Source of the DNA: a virus
Taxonomy: Duplodnaviria > Heunggongvirae > Uroviricota > Caudoviricetes
Virus record (IMG/VR): IMGVR_UViG_2660238349_000007
DNA length: 41,649 nt
Direction: 5' to 3' (one strand)
Under the pieces are notes generated by a model. The model searched no databases, was not told the DNA's origin, and worked only from the letters and a program-made list of their open reading frames with translations. Position 1 is the first letter of the stretch, and every line of letters starts with the position of its first letter. The translations under genes and the position numbers were made by a program. This document shows, piece after piece, positions 18,682-29,438 of this stretch.

Positions 18682-20304
18682 ATGCCGTTACCATTCCCCT
18701 TCGATTTTAAACATCCTGATTACCAGATGGTTTTTGAATGGCGGATGGAACGCCTACAGCGCATTCGCCAGAATCCTGAAATATTGCCTGCACTAAAACA
18801 GTTTTACCGAACCAATCCGGCTCAGTTCATCATCGACTGGGGCATGACAACGGACCCGCGTAATATTGATTATGGCCTGCCGGTGACCATTCCGTTTTTA
18901 CTCTTCCCTAAGCAGGAGGAGTGGATCCACTGGATTATGGAACGCTGGAGCAATCGGGAGAATGGTATTACCGAAAAATCCCGTGAAATGGGACTCAGTT
19001 GGACCGCGATCGGACTGGCATGTTCGCTTTGTCTCTTCAACAAAGAAATGGTTATCGGTTTCGGCTCCCGTAAAGAGGAATACGTCGACAGCACCGGTGA
19101 CCCGAAAGCATTGTTCTGGAAGGTGCGCAAGTTCGTGGAAACACTGCCTGTAGAGTTTCGCGGTTCGTGGAGCGAGAAGAAGCACGCGCCATATATGCGT
19201 GTTGAGTTTCCTGAAACTGGTGCCGTTATCAAAGGCGAGGCTGGCGATAATATTGGTCGTGGTGACCGTACCACGCTTTATCTGGTTGATGAGGCTGCAT
19301 TCCTTCAGCGTCCTCTGCTGATTGATGCGGCGTTGTCACAAACGACGCGTTGCCGTATCGACCTGAGTTCAGTTAACGGCATGGCGAACCCGTTCGCTCA
19401 GAAGCGTCATGGCGGGAAGATACCGGTATTCACATTCCACTGGCGGGATGATCCTCGCAAGGATGAAGAGTGGTATCGCAGGGAATGCGAGAAAATCGAT
19501 AATCCGGTGGTGGTGGCACAGGAACTTGATCTGAACTACAGCGCATCAGCGGAAGGCGTCCTGATTCCATCCGAATGGGTACAGGCTGCCGTTGATGCGC
19601 ATATCAAACTGGGTATCCAGCCAACAGGCAAACGACTTGGCGCGATGGATGTCGCCGACGAAGGCAGGGACAAAAATGCCTTTTCCACCCGTCATGGCTT
19701 CCTCCTGGAAAATGTGCGGGAATGGTCCGGTGTGGGCAGCGACATTTATCAGTCCGTCGAGAAGGTTTTCGGCTTTTGCGAACAGGATAACCTCGAAGAG
19801 TTTCGCTTTGACGAGGACGGGCTGGGCGCTGGCGTTCGCGGCGATGCACGCGCTATCAACGAACTGCGTAACGCTGTGCGTCGACCGTCAATACTCGCCA
19901 CACCGTTTCGAGGTAGTGGCGCGGTATTTGATCCGGATGATGAAGCTGTTCGCGGGGACAACGGGCAAGCCGCACGTCTGAACAAGGACTTCTTCGCTAA
20001 CGCCAAAGCCCAGAGCTGGTGGCGGTTACGTAAACTTTTTCAGAATACCTGGCGCGCCGTGGTTGAAGGTATGGCTTACAACCCGGACGAAATCATCTCA
20101 ATCAGCAGTAGCATGGCACTCAAAGATAAACTCATCATCGAGCTTTCGCAGCCGACCTATTCCATTAATGGTGTGGGAAAAATCGTTATTGATAAACAGC
20201 CTGATGGAACCCGATCGCCAAACCTTGCCGACTCGGTGATGATCAACTATGCCCCAATGAATTCAGCCCTGAACATCTGGGAGCTGCTAGGGAGACAGGC
20301 CTGA
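18682..20304 (+). CDS. Terminase large subunit
   Basis: 540-aa ORF with Walker B-like LYLVDEAAF and a C-terminal nuclease-like region; position between TerS and portal. Confidence 0.8.
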   Translation: MPLPFPFDFKHPDYQMVFEWRMERLQRIRQNPEILPALKQFYRTNPAQFIIDWGMTTDPRNIDYGLPVTIPFLLFPKQEEWIHWIMERWSNRENGITEKSREMGLSWTAIGLACSLCLFNKEMVIGFGSRKEEYVDSTGDPKALFWKVRKFVETLPVEFRGSWSEKKHAPYMRVEFPETGAVIKGEAGDNIGRGDRTTLYLVDEAAFLQRPLLIDAALSQTTRCRIDLSSVNGMANPFAQKRHGGKIPVFTFHWRDDPRKDEEWYRRECEKIDNPVVVAQELDLNYSASAEGVLIPSEWVQAAVDAHIKLGIQPTGKRLGAMDVADEGRDKNAFSTRHGFLLENVREWSGVGSDIYQSVEKVFGFCEQDNLEEFRFDEDGLGAGVRGDARAINELRNAVRRPSILATPFRGSGAVFDPDDEAVRGDNGQAARLNKDFFANAKAQSWWRLRKLFQNTWRAVVEGMAYNPDEIISISSSMALKDKLIIELSQPTYSINGVGKIVIDKQPDGTRSPNLADSVMINYAPMNSALNIWELLGRQA

Positions 20305-21770
20305 TGGCACGAAACAAACAAGCCCTGCGGCGAACTGCGCAGGCCACAGCTGATGGTTATGAGAATTTTATTGCCCGCGTAGGGATGCAGACACCTAACC
20401 AGCACTCAGCATCCACCTACCGGGCTAATTTCACCAGTCGTAACCGCATGCTGGTGGAATGGTCCTATCGTTCATCCTGGATCATCGGCGAAGCAGTCGA
20501 TGCTATCCCGGATGATATGACCCGCAAAGGCATTCGCATCACTTCGGAAATTGATGCAAAAGATCGTGGCATTCTCGAATCACAACTGGATGAGTTGCAA
20601 ATCTGGGATGCGCTGAATGACGTGCTGAAATGGTCGCGCCTCTACGGCGGCGCGGTGGGTTTCATCATGATTGAGGGGCAGGCACCAATGACCCCGCTGC
20701 GACCCGAAACCATCGGTAAGGGCAAGTTTAAGGGGATTCTCCCGCTCGACCGCTGGATGATTGCCCCGGTACTGACCCGCCGCATTAAAGATATGGGGCC
20801 GGACCTGGGTAAACCTGAGTTTTATGATGTGGTGACCACAGCAACGGGAATTCCTGCCTGGCGCATTCATCACAGTCGCCTGATTCGCTTTGATGGCGTC
20901 ACGCTGCCATTTCAGCAGAAGATGACCGAGAACGAATGGGGAATGTCGGTTGTAGAGCGTATCTGGGATCGTCTTACCGCGTTCGACAGCGCTACTGTCG
21001 GTGCGGCGCAGCTGGTCTACAAGGCGCATTTGCGTACCTACAGCGTGGAGAAGCTACGCGAGCTTATCGCACTTGGTGGTCCTGCGTATGAAGCGTTGCT
21101 GAAGAATATTGACCTGATTCGACAGTTCCAGAGCAATGAAGGTATGACGCTCATGGACTCGCGGGATAAGTTTGAAACCCATCAGTACAGCTTCAGTGGT
21201 CTGGATGACATCCTTTCACAGTTTGCAGAACAGATTAGTGGCGCTGTTGGTATCCCACTGGTGCGGTTGTTCGGACAGTCCCCGAAGGGATTTTCTACTG
21301 GCGATGCAGACCTTGCCAACTATTACGACCGGGTAAGTTCGTTGCAGGAGAGGCGTTTACGTCTTCCGGTGCGGCGGATACTGGACATCATGCATCGTTC
21401 GGAACTTGGCAAGCCGCTCCCGGATGATTTCACATTTGAGTTTAACCCGCTCTGGCAAATGTCTGATGTCGATCGTTCAACGGTGGCATTAAATACCACC
21501 AACGCAATCAGTACAGCGCTGGGTGATGGTCTGATGACACTGAAAGCTGCTATGACTGATTTGCGCGAAAATTCTGACGTAACCGGCATAGGGGCATCCA
21601 TTACCGACGAGGACATCGAGAATGCCGAAGATGAAGCGCCGCCCGGCATCGGCGAACCTGATGACGAACCGCAGGAACCGTCAGGCGGAAATCCGCTATC
21701 GAACCAGCCTACGCAGGATAGCGCGGGCGGTCGGGGACATCGTAAATGGTCGCTACGATGGTTCAAATGA
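20304..21770 (+). CDS. Portal protein
   Basis: 488-aa ORF directly after TerL with an acidic C-terminal tail; call is by position and size. Confidence 0.7.
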   Translation: MARNKQALRRTAQATADGYENFIARVGMQTPNQHSASTYRANFTSRNRMLVEWSYRSSWIIGEAVDAIPDDMTRKGIRITSEIDAKDRGILESQLDELQIWDALNDVLKWSRLYGGAVGFIMIEGQAPMTPLRPETIGKGKFKGILPLDRWMIAPVLTRRIKDMGPDLGKPEFYDVVTTATGIPAWRIHHSRLIRFDGVTLPFQQKMTENEWGMSVVERIWDRLTAFDSATVGAAQLVYKAHLRTYSVEKLRELIALGGPAYEALLKNIDLIRQFQSNEGMTLMDSRDKFETHQYSFSGLDDILSQFAEQISGAVGIPLVRLFGQSPKGFSTGDADLANYYDRVSSLQERRLRLPVRRILDIMHRSELGKPLPDDFTFEFNPLWQMSDVDRSTVALNTTNAISTALGDGLMTLKAAMTDLRENSDVTGIGASITDEDIENAEDEAPPGIGEPDDEPQEPSGGNPLSNQPTQDSAGGRGHRKWSLRWFK

Positions 21771-22395
21771 CAGTATCACGGAAATTATTGAGGCGCTGGA
21801 ACGCTACAGTGAAATCATAACCCCCTGGGCGACAAAGGTCGCGGAAAACTTTACCGCCGACATTGTGCGCAAGAATGATGAGCAGTGGCGTAAACACAGC
21901 AAAACCATCAGCCGTGAGCTACGCAATCTGGTAAACAGTGCCCCTCCAGGGCAGGTGATGAAATCCATCGTTGCTGAACAGGTTAAGTACATCAAATCGC
22001 TACCCCTCGAGGCGGCTGACAGGGTGTACGACATCCAGAATCGGGCGATTGATGCTGTTGTGACCGGTGGGAGAGCGGAACATTTTGCTAAAGAAATAGC
22101 CGCATCGGGTGATATAGCAAAGTCCAGAGCTGACCTGATTGCCCGTACTGAACTTGGACGTGCAACCGGCGCGCTGGATCAGGCGCGTGCGCTGTCAATT
22201 GGTTCGAATGGTTATATCTGGCGTACAGCCGAAGATGGTGACGTCAGGCATTCTCATCGGGAAATGGAAGGTAAATTTGTCGAATGGGGCAAACCTCCAA
22301 CGCTTGATGGCATGACCGGTCACGCTGGCGAGCTCCCGAATTGTCGCTGTTATAAAGAAATCGTTTTTCCCACCTCCCATTCTTATCCCGCCTGA
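21622..22395 (+). CDS. Head morphogenesis protein (Mu F / SPP1 gp7-like)
   Basis: ORF after portal with C-terminal HSH…CRC motif typical of MuF-like minor head proteins; 5' end overlaps the portal ORF in another frame, true start uncertain. Confidence 0.6.
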   Translation: MPKMKRRPASANLMTNRRNRQAEIRYRTSLRRIARAVGDIVNGRYDGSNDSITEIIEALERYSEIITPWATKVAENFTADIVRKNDEQWRKHSKTISRELRNLVNSAPPGQVMKSIVAEQVKYIKSLPLEAADRVYDIQNRAIDAVVTGGRAEHFAKEIAASGDIAKSRADLIARTELGRATGALDQARALSIGSNGYIWRTAEDGDVRHSHREMEGKFVEWGKPPTLDGMTGHAGELPNCRCYKEIVFPTSHSYPA

Positions 22396-22409
22396 ATCGC
22401 AGGTAACAC

Positions 22410-23630
22410 ATGAAATATTTTTTCAATACCCGGCTGGGGGAAACCCGCTATCAGCTGGCTGACGGCTCGTTGCTGTGCAAAGACGTGCCGATAGGACGAA
22501 CAGGTAAGCAGCTCTATGGTGCTGATGACCTGCCAAAACTGAAACCCGATAAGTTCGGTGAAATAGTCGTCACGCGTTCTCCTGAGCAGGTATTCCATCC
22601 CGCCACGCTTGCCTCATTCGAAGGAATGAGTATCACGGTGTTGCATCCCGAGGATGAAAACGGGGATGTGCGGCTGGTGAATCCAGAGAACTGGAAAGAG
22701 CTCGCGGTCGGGCATCTTCAGAATGTCCGGCGCGGGGCGGGTGTGCAGTCTGATTTGATGCTGGCTGACCTTATCGTCAAAGACGAAAACGCCATTCAGC
22801 TGATCGAAGATGGCCTGCGCGAAGTGTCGTGTGGCTATGACGCGGAATATAAACAGGCTGAGCCGGGTAAGGCTCAGCAGGTCGATATTACCGGAAACCA
22901 TGTGGCTCTTGTCTCTAAAGGCAGAGCCGGAAATCGTTGTGCAATTGGAGACAGAGACACAATGGCAAATCAAAAGAAAAGCTGGTGGACCCGCATGCGC
23001 ACGGCCATCAAAACGGGTGACGCTGACACCATGAACGAACTGGTGGAGTCGGCTCCCGCATCGGTTACAGGAGATGAGGGGGATTTGCCGCAGGGCGTTA
23101 ATCTCAACATCAACCTGTCCCCGCAGCAACCGCTACCGGACAAAGCACCAGAGATGGGCGGAGGTCCAACCGGCGACAGTGATGATGACCTCAAAACATT
23201 ACTGAAAGCCCTGCTGGCTAAGCTGGAAGGAAATGCGACGGGCGATAACGACAATAAGCCTGACGATAATCCGACCGGTGACGGCGAGGACGATGAAGAG
23301 GAAACCACGATTACTGGTGACTCAGCCTGGCGTGCCGAAGTTATCGTTCCGGGTATCGATCTGAGCCGTAAGATGAAACCGACCGCGTTCAAACGCGAGG
23401 TTCTGGCTTCTGCTGACAAAACGCTGGTTCGCCAGATAGTCGGTGATGCGGATATCCGCAAATTACCGAAACAATCGGTCGACATGGCGTTTAATGCCGT
23501 GTCTGAGATTGCCAAAGGGCGAAACACCCGCGCCACCACCGGCGATGCACAGCGCCCAAACATGGGCATGACCAGTATCGCTTCCCTGAACAAACAAAAC
23601 GCTGAATTCTGGGCAAACCGTAAAGGGTAA
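22410..23630 (+). CDS. Putative head scaffolding / prohead maturation protein
   Basis: 406-aa ORF between the morphogenesis protein and major capsid; long acidic low-complexity middle region (GDSDDD…DGEDDEEE) typical of scaffolds. Confidence 0.5.
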   Translation: MKYFFNTRLGETRYQLADGSLLCKDVPIGRTGKQLYGADDLPKLKPDKFGEIVVTRSPEQVFHPATLASFEGMSITVLHPEDENGDVRLVNPENWKELAVGHLQNVRRGAGVQSDLMLADLIVKDENAIQLIEDGLREVSCGYDAEYKQAEPGKAQQVDITGNHVALVSKGRAGNRCAIGDRDTMANQKKSWWTRMRTAIKTGDADTMNELVESAPASVTGDEGDLPQGVNLNINLSPQQPLPDKAPEMGGGPTGDSDDDLKTLLKALLAKLEGNATGDNDNKPDDNPTGDGEDDEEETTITGDSAWRAEVIVPGIDLSRKMKPTAFKREVLASADKTLVRQIVGDADIRKLPKQSVDMAFNAVSEIAKGRNTRATTGDAQRPNMGMTSIASLNKQNAEFWANRKG

Positions 23631-23633
23631 AAA

Positions 23634-24140
23634 ATGAATAATGTATTTCTGTACCGGATGCCTGTTGGCATTGCCGGGGCCGTCTCTCGCCCGCAGGACT
23701 TAACCGTCGAACCGGTGGTCCTTAAATCCGATAACGCCTTCGCTGCCTATGGGCTGGCTGGTAAATACGATGATGACGGTTTTTTCGTACCGCTGGCAGA
23801 TGGTGATACCGCAGACAAGGTGAAGGGGATCTACGTGCGCCCTTATCCGACCACTTCGCAGCCGGACATGGTTCGCCAGGTGGGGAGTGGCAAGAACTTC
23901 CCGGGCGACGCCATGAAGCGTGGCTACGTGACCGTTAATCTCGGTTCTGATTTTGATGCCAGCACCATCAAAAAAGGCGACCCGGTATACGTTGTCGTCT
24001 CCACTGATGAATCCATCAAAGTGCCGCTGGGTGGATTCATGTCCACGTCAGTCAGTGGCAAAAATGTGGTGCTGACCAACGCTGAATTCACAGGTGCCGG
24101 TGATGCTGACGGCAATGCAGAAATTTCCTGGAAGATTTAA
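23634..24140 (+). CDS. Putative head decoration / structural protein
   Basis: 168-aa ORF immediately upstream of the major capsid gene; call by position only. Confidence 0.4.
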   Translation: MNNVFLYRMPVGIAGAVSRPQDLTVEPVVLKSDNAFAAYGLAGKYDDDGFFVPLADGDTADKVKGIYVRPYPTTSQPDMVRQVGSGKNFPGDAMKRGYVTVNLGSDFDASTIKKGDPVYVVVSTDESIKVPLGGFMSTSVSGKNVVLTNAEFTGAGDADGNAEISWKI

Positions 24141-24151
24141 GGAACAGACGA

Positions 24152-25093
24152 ATGATTACTTTTGATCAGGCAACCGTTGACAGCTCTGGTGCCTTTCTCA
24201 TCGGGGAGCTGGAGCGACTCGACCAGACGCTGAACCTGCCACTGGTGGGGTACACCTGGACCCGCGATATTCAGTTGCGTGAAGATGTCTCCATCGCAGA
24301 TGACATTTCCAGCTGGACGAATACCAGCTTCGCCGCTGCGGGTACTGGCGCAAATCCGAATGGGAAAAACTGGGTAGGCAAAGACTCAACCGCTATTGCT
24401 GGCGTGAACGTGGATATCGGCAAATCCGGTAACCCGCTGAACCTGTGGGGGATGGAACTTGGCTGGACGGTCATAGAATTGCAGGCTGCTCAGCAGGTCG
24501 GCCGCCCGATTGATACGCAGAAGTATGACGGTATGCAACTGAAATGGCAGATGGATAACGATGAACAGGTATATGTTGGCGATTCAGCATTAAACCTGAA
24601 AGGCCTTGTTACCCTGGACGGCGTGCCTGTCAACAACGCTGCCAAAACGTGGGCAACCTCAACACCGGACGAAATCCGCGCGAGCATTAACCAGGTACTG
24701 TCTGATGCGTGGGCCGCTTCCGGTTACTCTGTGGTTCCGCGTGATTTGCTGATCCCGCCTGAGCAGTTTGCTCTGTTGTCCAGCATCATCGTTTCATCTG
24801 CGGGTAACCAGTCCCTGTTGACGTACCTTCAGACCAACACCATCAGCTATCACCAGAACGGTGTTCCGCTGAATATCCGCGCGGTTAAATGGCTGAAAGG
24901 CCGTGGTGTGGGGAATAAGGATCGCATGGTTGCGTACACCAACGATAAAAAATACGTCCGCTACCCGCTGGTTCCGCTTCAGAGCGTGCCGGTGCAGTAT
25001 CGCGGTCTGTATCAGATCGTCACTTACTACGGCAAGCTGGGTGCAGTCGAGCCAGTGTACAAAGAAACCCTTTCGTACGTTGATGGCATTTAA
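24152..25093 (+). CDS. Major capsid protein
   Basis: 313-aa ORF in the expected position and size for a major capsid protein; GC and codon usage consistent with the late operon. Confidence 0.7.
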   Translation: MITFDQATVDSSGAFLIGELERLDQTLNLPLVGYTWTRDIQLREDVSIADDISSWTNTSFAAAGTGANPNGKNWVGKDSTAIAGVNVDIGKSGNPLNLWGMELGWTVIELQAAQQVGRPIDTQKYDGMQLKWQMDNDEQVYVGDSALNLKGLVTLDGVPVNNAAKTWATSTPDEIRASINQVLSDAWAASGYSVVPRDLLIPPEQFALLSSIIVSSAGNQSLLTYLQTNTISYHQNGVPLNIRAVKWLKGRGVGNKDRMVAYTNDKKYVRYPLVPLQSVPVQYRGLYQIVTYYGKLGAVEPVYKETLSYVDGI

Positions 25094-25134
25094 CAGCCAT
25101 ATGGCCCCCTGGCGGGGCCATTAAGGATGACCCG

Positions 25135-25356
25135 ATGGCAAAAAATAATGCAGTAATACACGTACATACCCCGTTTGTGCTCACGCTTCCCGACGGTTCG
25201 CGGCGCGAGTTTGTTAAAGGCCGTCATGCTGTGGAGGAAGACGTTGCCACGCACTGGTTCACTCGTGCGCACGCGGAAGTATCCGTTGGCAAAGCCACAG
25301 ACGCGCGTAACGAGGTAAAAAATGCCAAAGAATCAAAGTCTGCCAGCGGTAAGTGA
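25135..25356 (+). CDS. Small hypothetical head-region protein
   Basis: 73-aa ORF with AAGGATGA RBS. Confidence 0.35.
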   Translation: MAKNNAVIHVHTPFVLTLPDGSRREFVKGRHAVEEDVATHWFTRAHAEVSVGKATDARNEVKNAKESKSASGK

Positions 25357-25729
25357 TTTTCGCCGCGACTTCCCGCAGTTTGCTGACCCTGCCAAATATC
25401 CCGAAGCGCAAATCCAGTTTCGTCTGAATCTGGCCGATGAACTGCTGAGTGAAAACGTCACCGGCAAAAAGTTGTTTCCGTACTTTGCCGGATTGTTCGT
25501 TGCGCACTACATGACGCTCTGGGCGGCAGACAGCAGAGCGATGCTGGCTGGTGGTCCGGGCGGTTCAACCAATGGTGTTCAGTCCTCAAAGTCCGTTGAC
25601 AAGGTAAGCGTCAGCTATGACACCAGCGCGACGCTGAATCCTGATGCAGGTTTCTGGAATAACACCCGATATGGCGCTGAATTTTATCAGTTGATCACGA
25701 TGTTCGGTGCAGGCGGTCGCCAGCTATGA
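25322..25729 (+). CDS. Putative head-tail connector / adaptor protein
   Basis: 135-aa ORF in the neck gene block between capsid and sheath. Confidence 0.4.
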   Translation: MPKNQSLPAVSDFRRDFPQFADPAKYPEAQIQFRLNLADELLSENVTGKKLFPYFAGLFVAHYMTLWAADSRAMLAGGPGGSTNGVQSSKSVDKVSVSYDTSATLNPDAGFWNNTRYGAEFYQLITMFGAGGRQL

Positions 25730-26280
25730 GTTTCAAAAGCGGTGTAACAACGAGGGTGGATAACGCTAAGGCCATTCTGGATGCGCTCAGGTCGTTAACC
25801 AAAAAAGATGTGCTGGTCGGCATCCCTTCGGAAGACAGCGAGCGGGATGATGTTCCGTTTGGTAATGCGGGCATCGGTTACCTCAACGAATACGGCTCAC
25901 CAGAGCAGAACATCCCGCCACGACCTCATCTGGTCCCCGGCGTTAAATCGGCAGAAGAGCAGACGGTGCCGCAGCTCAAAACCGCGGCGCAGGCTGCTCT
26001 TGATGGTAATGCTGCGGGAGCAGAACGCGCACTCAACCGTGCCGGAACGCTGGCCGCTAATGGCGTCAGGCGTTACATGACTATTACCGGCTTTACGCCG
26101 CTTGCTGACAGCACTGTTGAAGCCCGGGCTCGTCGGGGGCGCAAGGGGGCAACACTGGAACTTGCCCGGCGTGTTGCTGGCGAATCTCCCGGAACCGATC
26201 TGGCGAAACCATTAATTGACACCGGGCAATATCGCAGAGCTATTACCCATGTAGTGAGGGATAAAGATGCCGACTCTTGA
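25726..26280 (+). CDS. Putative head completion / neck protein
   Basis: 184-aa ORF translationally coupled to neighbours. Confidence 0.4.
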   Translation: MSFKSGVTTRVDNAKAILDALRSLTKKDVLVGIPSEDSERDDVPFGNAGIGYLNEYGSPEQNIPPRPHLVPGVKSAEEQTVPQLKTAAQAALDGNAAGAERALNRAGTLAANGVRRYMTITGFTPLADSTVEARARRGRKGATLELARRVAGESPGTDLAKPLIDTGQYRRAITHVVRDKDADS

Positions 26281-26656
26281 TGTAACAGATGTGCTTTTTG
26301 ACCCCGATTTTTGCGACTTCAATTTGTGGGTAACACGCCGAGTGCAAACGGTGGATGAGGACGGGATCGGCAGCGACAGTGAAGTTGAAAAGCAGTTTGC
26401 CGGAGTCGTAACTGTTGATCGCTCTCTGGAAAACCGCCGTATGCAGGCAGGGCAGGTAATCAGTGGTGCAATTCTGATTGTGACGACTGAGCGACTGACG
26501 CAGGGACAGACTGGCCGTGATGCCGATATCGTGACGTATCAGGGCCGTGATTATCGTGTGACCTTCGTCGACCCGTATACAGCTTATGGGGCCGGATTCG
26601 TTCAGGCGCATTGTGAGTTGATGCCGTTTGATGGGGGAACTCCGGTTGAGCAATAA
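26267..26656 (+). CDS. Putative neck / tail completion protein
   Basis: 129-aa ORF with RBS; position only. Confidence 0.4.
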   Translation: MPTLDVTDVLFDPDFCDFNLWVTRRVQTVDEDGIGSDSEVEKQFAGVVTVDRSLENRRMQAGQVISGAILIVTTERLTQGQTGRDADIVTYQGRDYRVTFVDPYTAYGAGFVQAHCELMPFDGGTPVEQ

Positions 26657-27194
26657 CACCAGTACAGAGCGCGGATGGTTAATACCAACCAGTGGCGATC
26701 CGGATTATGACGAAGCGCTCGACAGGCTTTTAAGCCAGTGGATGCGTAACGTTTCCGGTCTGTCTGCCGGGATGGTTCGTCCGCGCTGGCAGAAAGAGCA
26801 ACCGCCACTGCTACCGGCTGAAACGAACTGGTGTGCGTTTGGGGTTATCGGATGGTCAGGTGATGACAGTCCGGCATTCACCAGACAGACCGATGATGGC
26901 TCTCAGCTCTGGCGGCATGAAACGATTGAGTGTATGGCTTCGTTTTATGGTCCGGCGGGGATGGTGTATGCGTCCCGGTTTCGTGACGGTATATCTGTAC
27001 CGCAGAACAACGCAGCACTGAATGCGCTGGGGCTGTCTCTTGGCGATTACACAGGTCTGACTCCCTTCCCTGAACTTATTAATCAGCAATGGGTCCGCCG
27101 CTACGATATGACGGTGCGTCTGCGCCGGAAGGTTGTGCGCGAGTACGGTATTAAATCGCTGGTGGAAGCACCAGTCATCTTTTTCGGAGATTAA
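26631..27194 (+). CDS. Putative tail completion / sheath stabiliser protein
   Basis: About 187-aa ORF immediately upstream of the sheath gene; start ambiguous (TTG 26628 or ATG 26631). Confidence 0.4.
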   Translation: MGELRLSNNTSTERGWLIPTSGDPDYDEALDRLLSQWMRNVSGLSAGMVRPRWQKEQPPLLPAETNWCAFGVIGWSGDDSPAFTRQTDDGSQLWRHETIECMASFYGPAGMVYASRFRDGISVPQNNAALNALGLSLGDYTGLTPFPELINQQWVRRYDMTVRLRRKVVREYGIKSLVEAPVIFFGD

Positions 27195-27197
27195 GCT

Positions 27198-28343
27198 ATG
27201 GCACAGGGCTTGCCTGTATCAAACGTTGTTAATGTTGATGTGATCATGTCGCCGCGTGCAGCATCAGGGCGAAATTTTGGTGCATTACTCATTCTCGGCC
27301 CGTCCACAATCATTCCGGTAAGTGAGCGCATTCGCCGTTATTCTGCCGCGGAAGATATTGGAAAAGATTTTGGCGTGGAATCACCAGAATATAAGGCTGC
27401 GCAGGTGTTTTTCTCACAATCACCGAAGCCTCAGGAGGTTTTTGTTGGTCGTTGGGTGAAAACGAAGGGAGACAGCGAACAGGCCACGCCTGAGACGCTG
27501 GAGCAGGCTGTGAATGCCATGCTTGATTATACTTCATGGTATGGGCTGGGGATTGCAGACGATGCAGATATTCCGGATGCAGACTGGCTGAAAGTGGCTG
27601 CGGCGATCGAATCCTCTTCTGTAAGCCGTATTCTGGCGATTACGACAAGCGATGAGAAATGCCTGCAGACTGCATCCAGCGATGATTTGGCATCAAAACT
27701 GAAAACCGCCGGATATTCACGCAGTTTTATTCAGTATTCATCGGGTAATAAATACGCTGCGTTATCTGCATTTGGCCGGGCATTCACGGTTAATTTTAAT
27801 GGCAGTAATACCGCGATTACGCTCAAGTTTAAGCAGGAGCCGGGTGTCGGGTATGAAACACTGACAGTCAGCCAGGCATCGGCACTTGATGCAAAAAACT
27901 GCAATGTATTCGTGTACTACCAGAATGATACAGCTATCCTCCAGCAGGGAGTGATGACCAACGGTGATTTCTTTGATGAACGCCACGGCCTGGACTGGTT
28001 ACAGAATTATGTGCAGACCAACCTCTATAACCTGCTTTATACCAGCACCACGAAAGTTCCCCAGACTGAAGCCGGTATTACCCGACTGTTATCAAGTGTT
28101 GAAAAATCACTGGATCAGGCCGTTCAGAATGGACTGATTGCTCCGGGCGTATGGAACGGGGGCGACCTTGGCCAGTTGTCATCAGGTGACACGCTGCCCA
28201 AAGGTTATTACGTATACGCCCAGCCGCTGGATGAACAGGCACAATCAGAACGTGAAGCCCGTAAGGCTCCGGTGATTCAGGCTGCAATAAAACTTGCAGG
28301 CGCGGTTCATTACGCTGACGTACAGATTAACGTTGTTCGCTAA
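27198..28343 (+). CDS. Tail sheath protein
   Basis: 381-aa ORF directly upstream of the tube gene; size and position typical of a contractile sheath. Confidence 0.65.
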   Translation: MAQGLPVSNVVNVDVIMSPRAASGRNFGALLILGPSTIIPVSERIRRYSAAEDIGKDFGVESPEYKAAQVFFSQSPKPQEVFVGRWVKTKGDSEQATPETLEQAVNAMLDYTSWYGLGIADDADIPDADWLKVAAAIESSSVSRILAITTSDEKCLQTASSDDLASKLKTAGYSRSFIQYSSGNKYAALSAFGRAFTVNFNGSNTAITLKFKQEPGVGYETLTVSQASALDAKNCNVFVYYQNDTAILQQGVMTNGDFFDERHGLDWLQNYVQTNLYNLLYTSTTKVPQTEAGITRLLSSVEKSLDQAVQNGLIAPGVWNGGDLGQLSSGDTLPKGYYVYAQPLDEQAQSEREARKAPVIQAAIKLAGAVHYADVQINVVR

Positions 28344-28353
28344 GGGGAAGTGA

Positions 28354-28794
28354 ATGTCTACCTATTCTTTTATGGATGTCACTGCGACGCTGACCGGGCC
28401 GACCGGTTCGATTGACCTCGGGTACGGTTCGGCAAGTTCTGAAGAGGGGATTGTGGTTGCGATGGGCGGTCCTAAAAACACCATGACCATCGGTGCTGAT
28501 GGCGAAGTGATGCACAGTCTCCATGCAGATAAAAGCGGGACGATTACCGTTAACCTTCTGAAGACATCACCGACAAATAAAAAATTGTCGCTGGCGTATA
28601 ACGCACAGAGCCAGTCTTCTGCCACATGGGGGAATAACGTTATCGTGATCCGCAACAAGGTCAGCGGCGACATCATCACGGCACGCAGTGTTGCGTTCCA
28701 GAAACAACCGGATAACGCCAACGCTAAAACCGGTAATACGATGCCGTGGGTGTTTGACTGCGGCAAGATTGACCAGGTTCTCGGGGAGTTTTAA
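28354..28794 (+). CDS. Tail tube protein
   Basis: 146-aa ORF between sheath and chaperone. Confidence 0.6.
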   Translation: MSTYSFMDVTATLTGPTGSIDLGYGSASSEEGIVVAMGGPKNTMTIGADGEVMHSLHADKSGTITVNLLKTSPTNKKLSLAYNAQSQSSATWGNNVIVIRNKVSGDIITARSVAFQKQPDNANAKTGNTMPWVFDCGKIDQVLGEF

Positions 28795-28797
28795 TAC

Positions 28798-29250
28798 ATG
28801 GAATTCGAAATCAAAGGCGTGAAATATCGCGTGGCAAAACTCAGCGTTTTTGACCAGCTGAAAGTGACCCGCAAACTTCTGCCGGTGCTGGCAGGAATGA
28901 TGTCAGATTTCGGGAGCATTCGCTCCCGTTTGCCTGCTGATGGCAAAATCGACACCGTGAAATTCGAGCAGTTAAAACCGGTGTTTGAAACCATGCTCCC
29001 GCGTATCGCTGAGGAACTGTCTTCCCTGACCGAAGATGACACCGATGCGATTATTCATCCCTGTCTTGCGGTGGTATCGCGGCGTCATATGGACGGATGG
29101 GTTCCGGTATTTACCCGGGGCGAACTGATGTTTGATGATATTGACTTGCTGGTCATGCTGCAGCTGGTGGCGCGGGTGGTCGCCGATTCGCTGGGAAATT
29201 TTTTGCCTACACCCCTTACCAGCACGACGCAGAGCCTGCAACAGGGCTGA
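28798..29250 (+). CDS. Tail assembly chaperone (G-like)
   Basis: 150-aa ORF immediately upstream of the tape measure gene; carries a slippery site near its 3' end. Confidence 0.6.
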   Translation: MEFEIKGVKYRVAKLSVFDQLKVTRKLLPVLAGMMSDFGSIRSRLPADGKIDTVKFEQLKPVFETMLPRIAEELSSLTEDDTDAIIHPCLAVVSRRHMDGWVPVFTRGELMFDDIDLLVMLQLVARVVADSLGNFLPTPLTSTTQSLQQG

Positions 29251-29438
29251 CGTTTAACAGCCTGCCGGACGGGCTGTCCTACCTTCTCAATCCGGTTGAC
29301 GCCGGGTTAATTCCTTATACAGCACTTAAAGATGGCTCTGTCGATTTGTACGATATTGCTCTTTTGAATGACCATCTGGCGGTAAAAGCGGATAACCAGC
29401 GGCGCATTGAGAAATGGAGAGAGGATAATGAACGCTGA
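29193..29438 (+). other. Programmed -1 frameshift site and GT-like chaperone extension
   Basis: Tandem slippery heptamers G_GGA_AAT (29193-29199) and A_AAT_TTT (29196-29202); -1 frame is open from 29145 to a TGA at 29436-29438, adding about 78 aa. Confidence 0.5.

Noticed and set aside
22970-23671. 233-aa minus-strand ORF and 22614-23129 ORF opposite the scaffold-like gene
   Set aside because: Ser/Pro-rich low-complexity translation antisense to a late-operon gene; no start context.
29407-29427. TTG-initiated extension of the tape measure ORF
   Set aside because: The ATG at 29428 is preceded by a GGAGAGAGG RBS; the upstream TTG has none.
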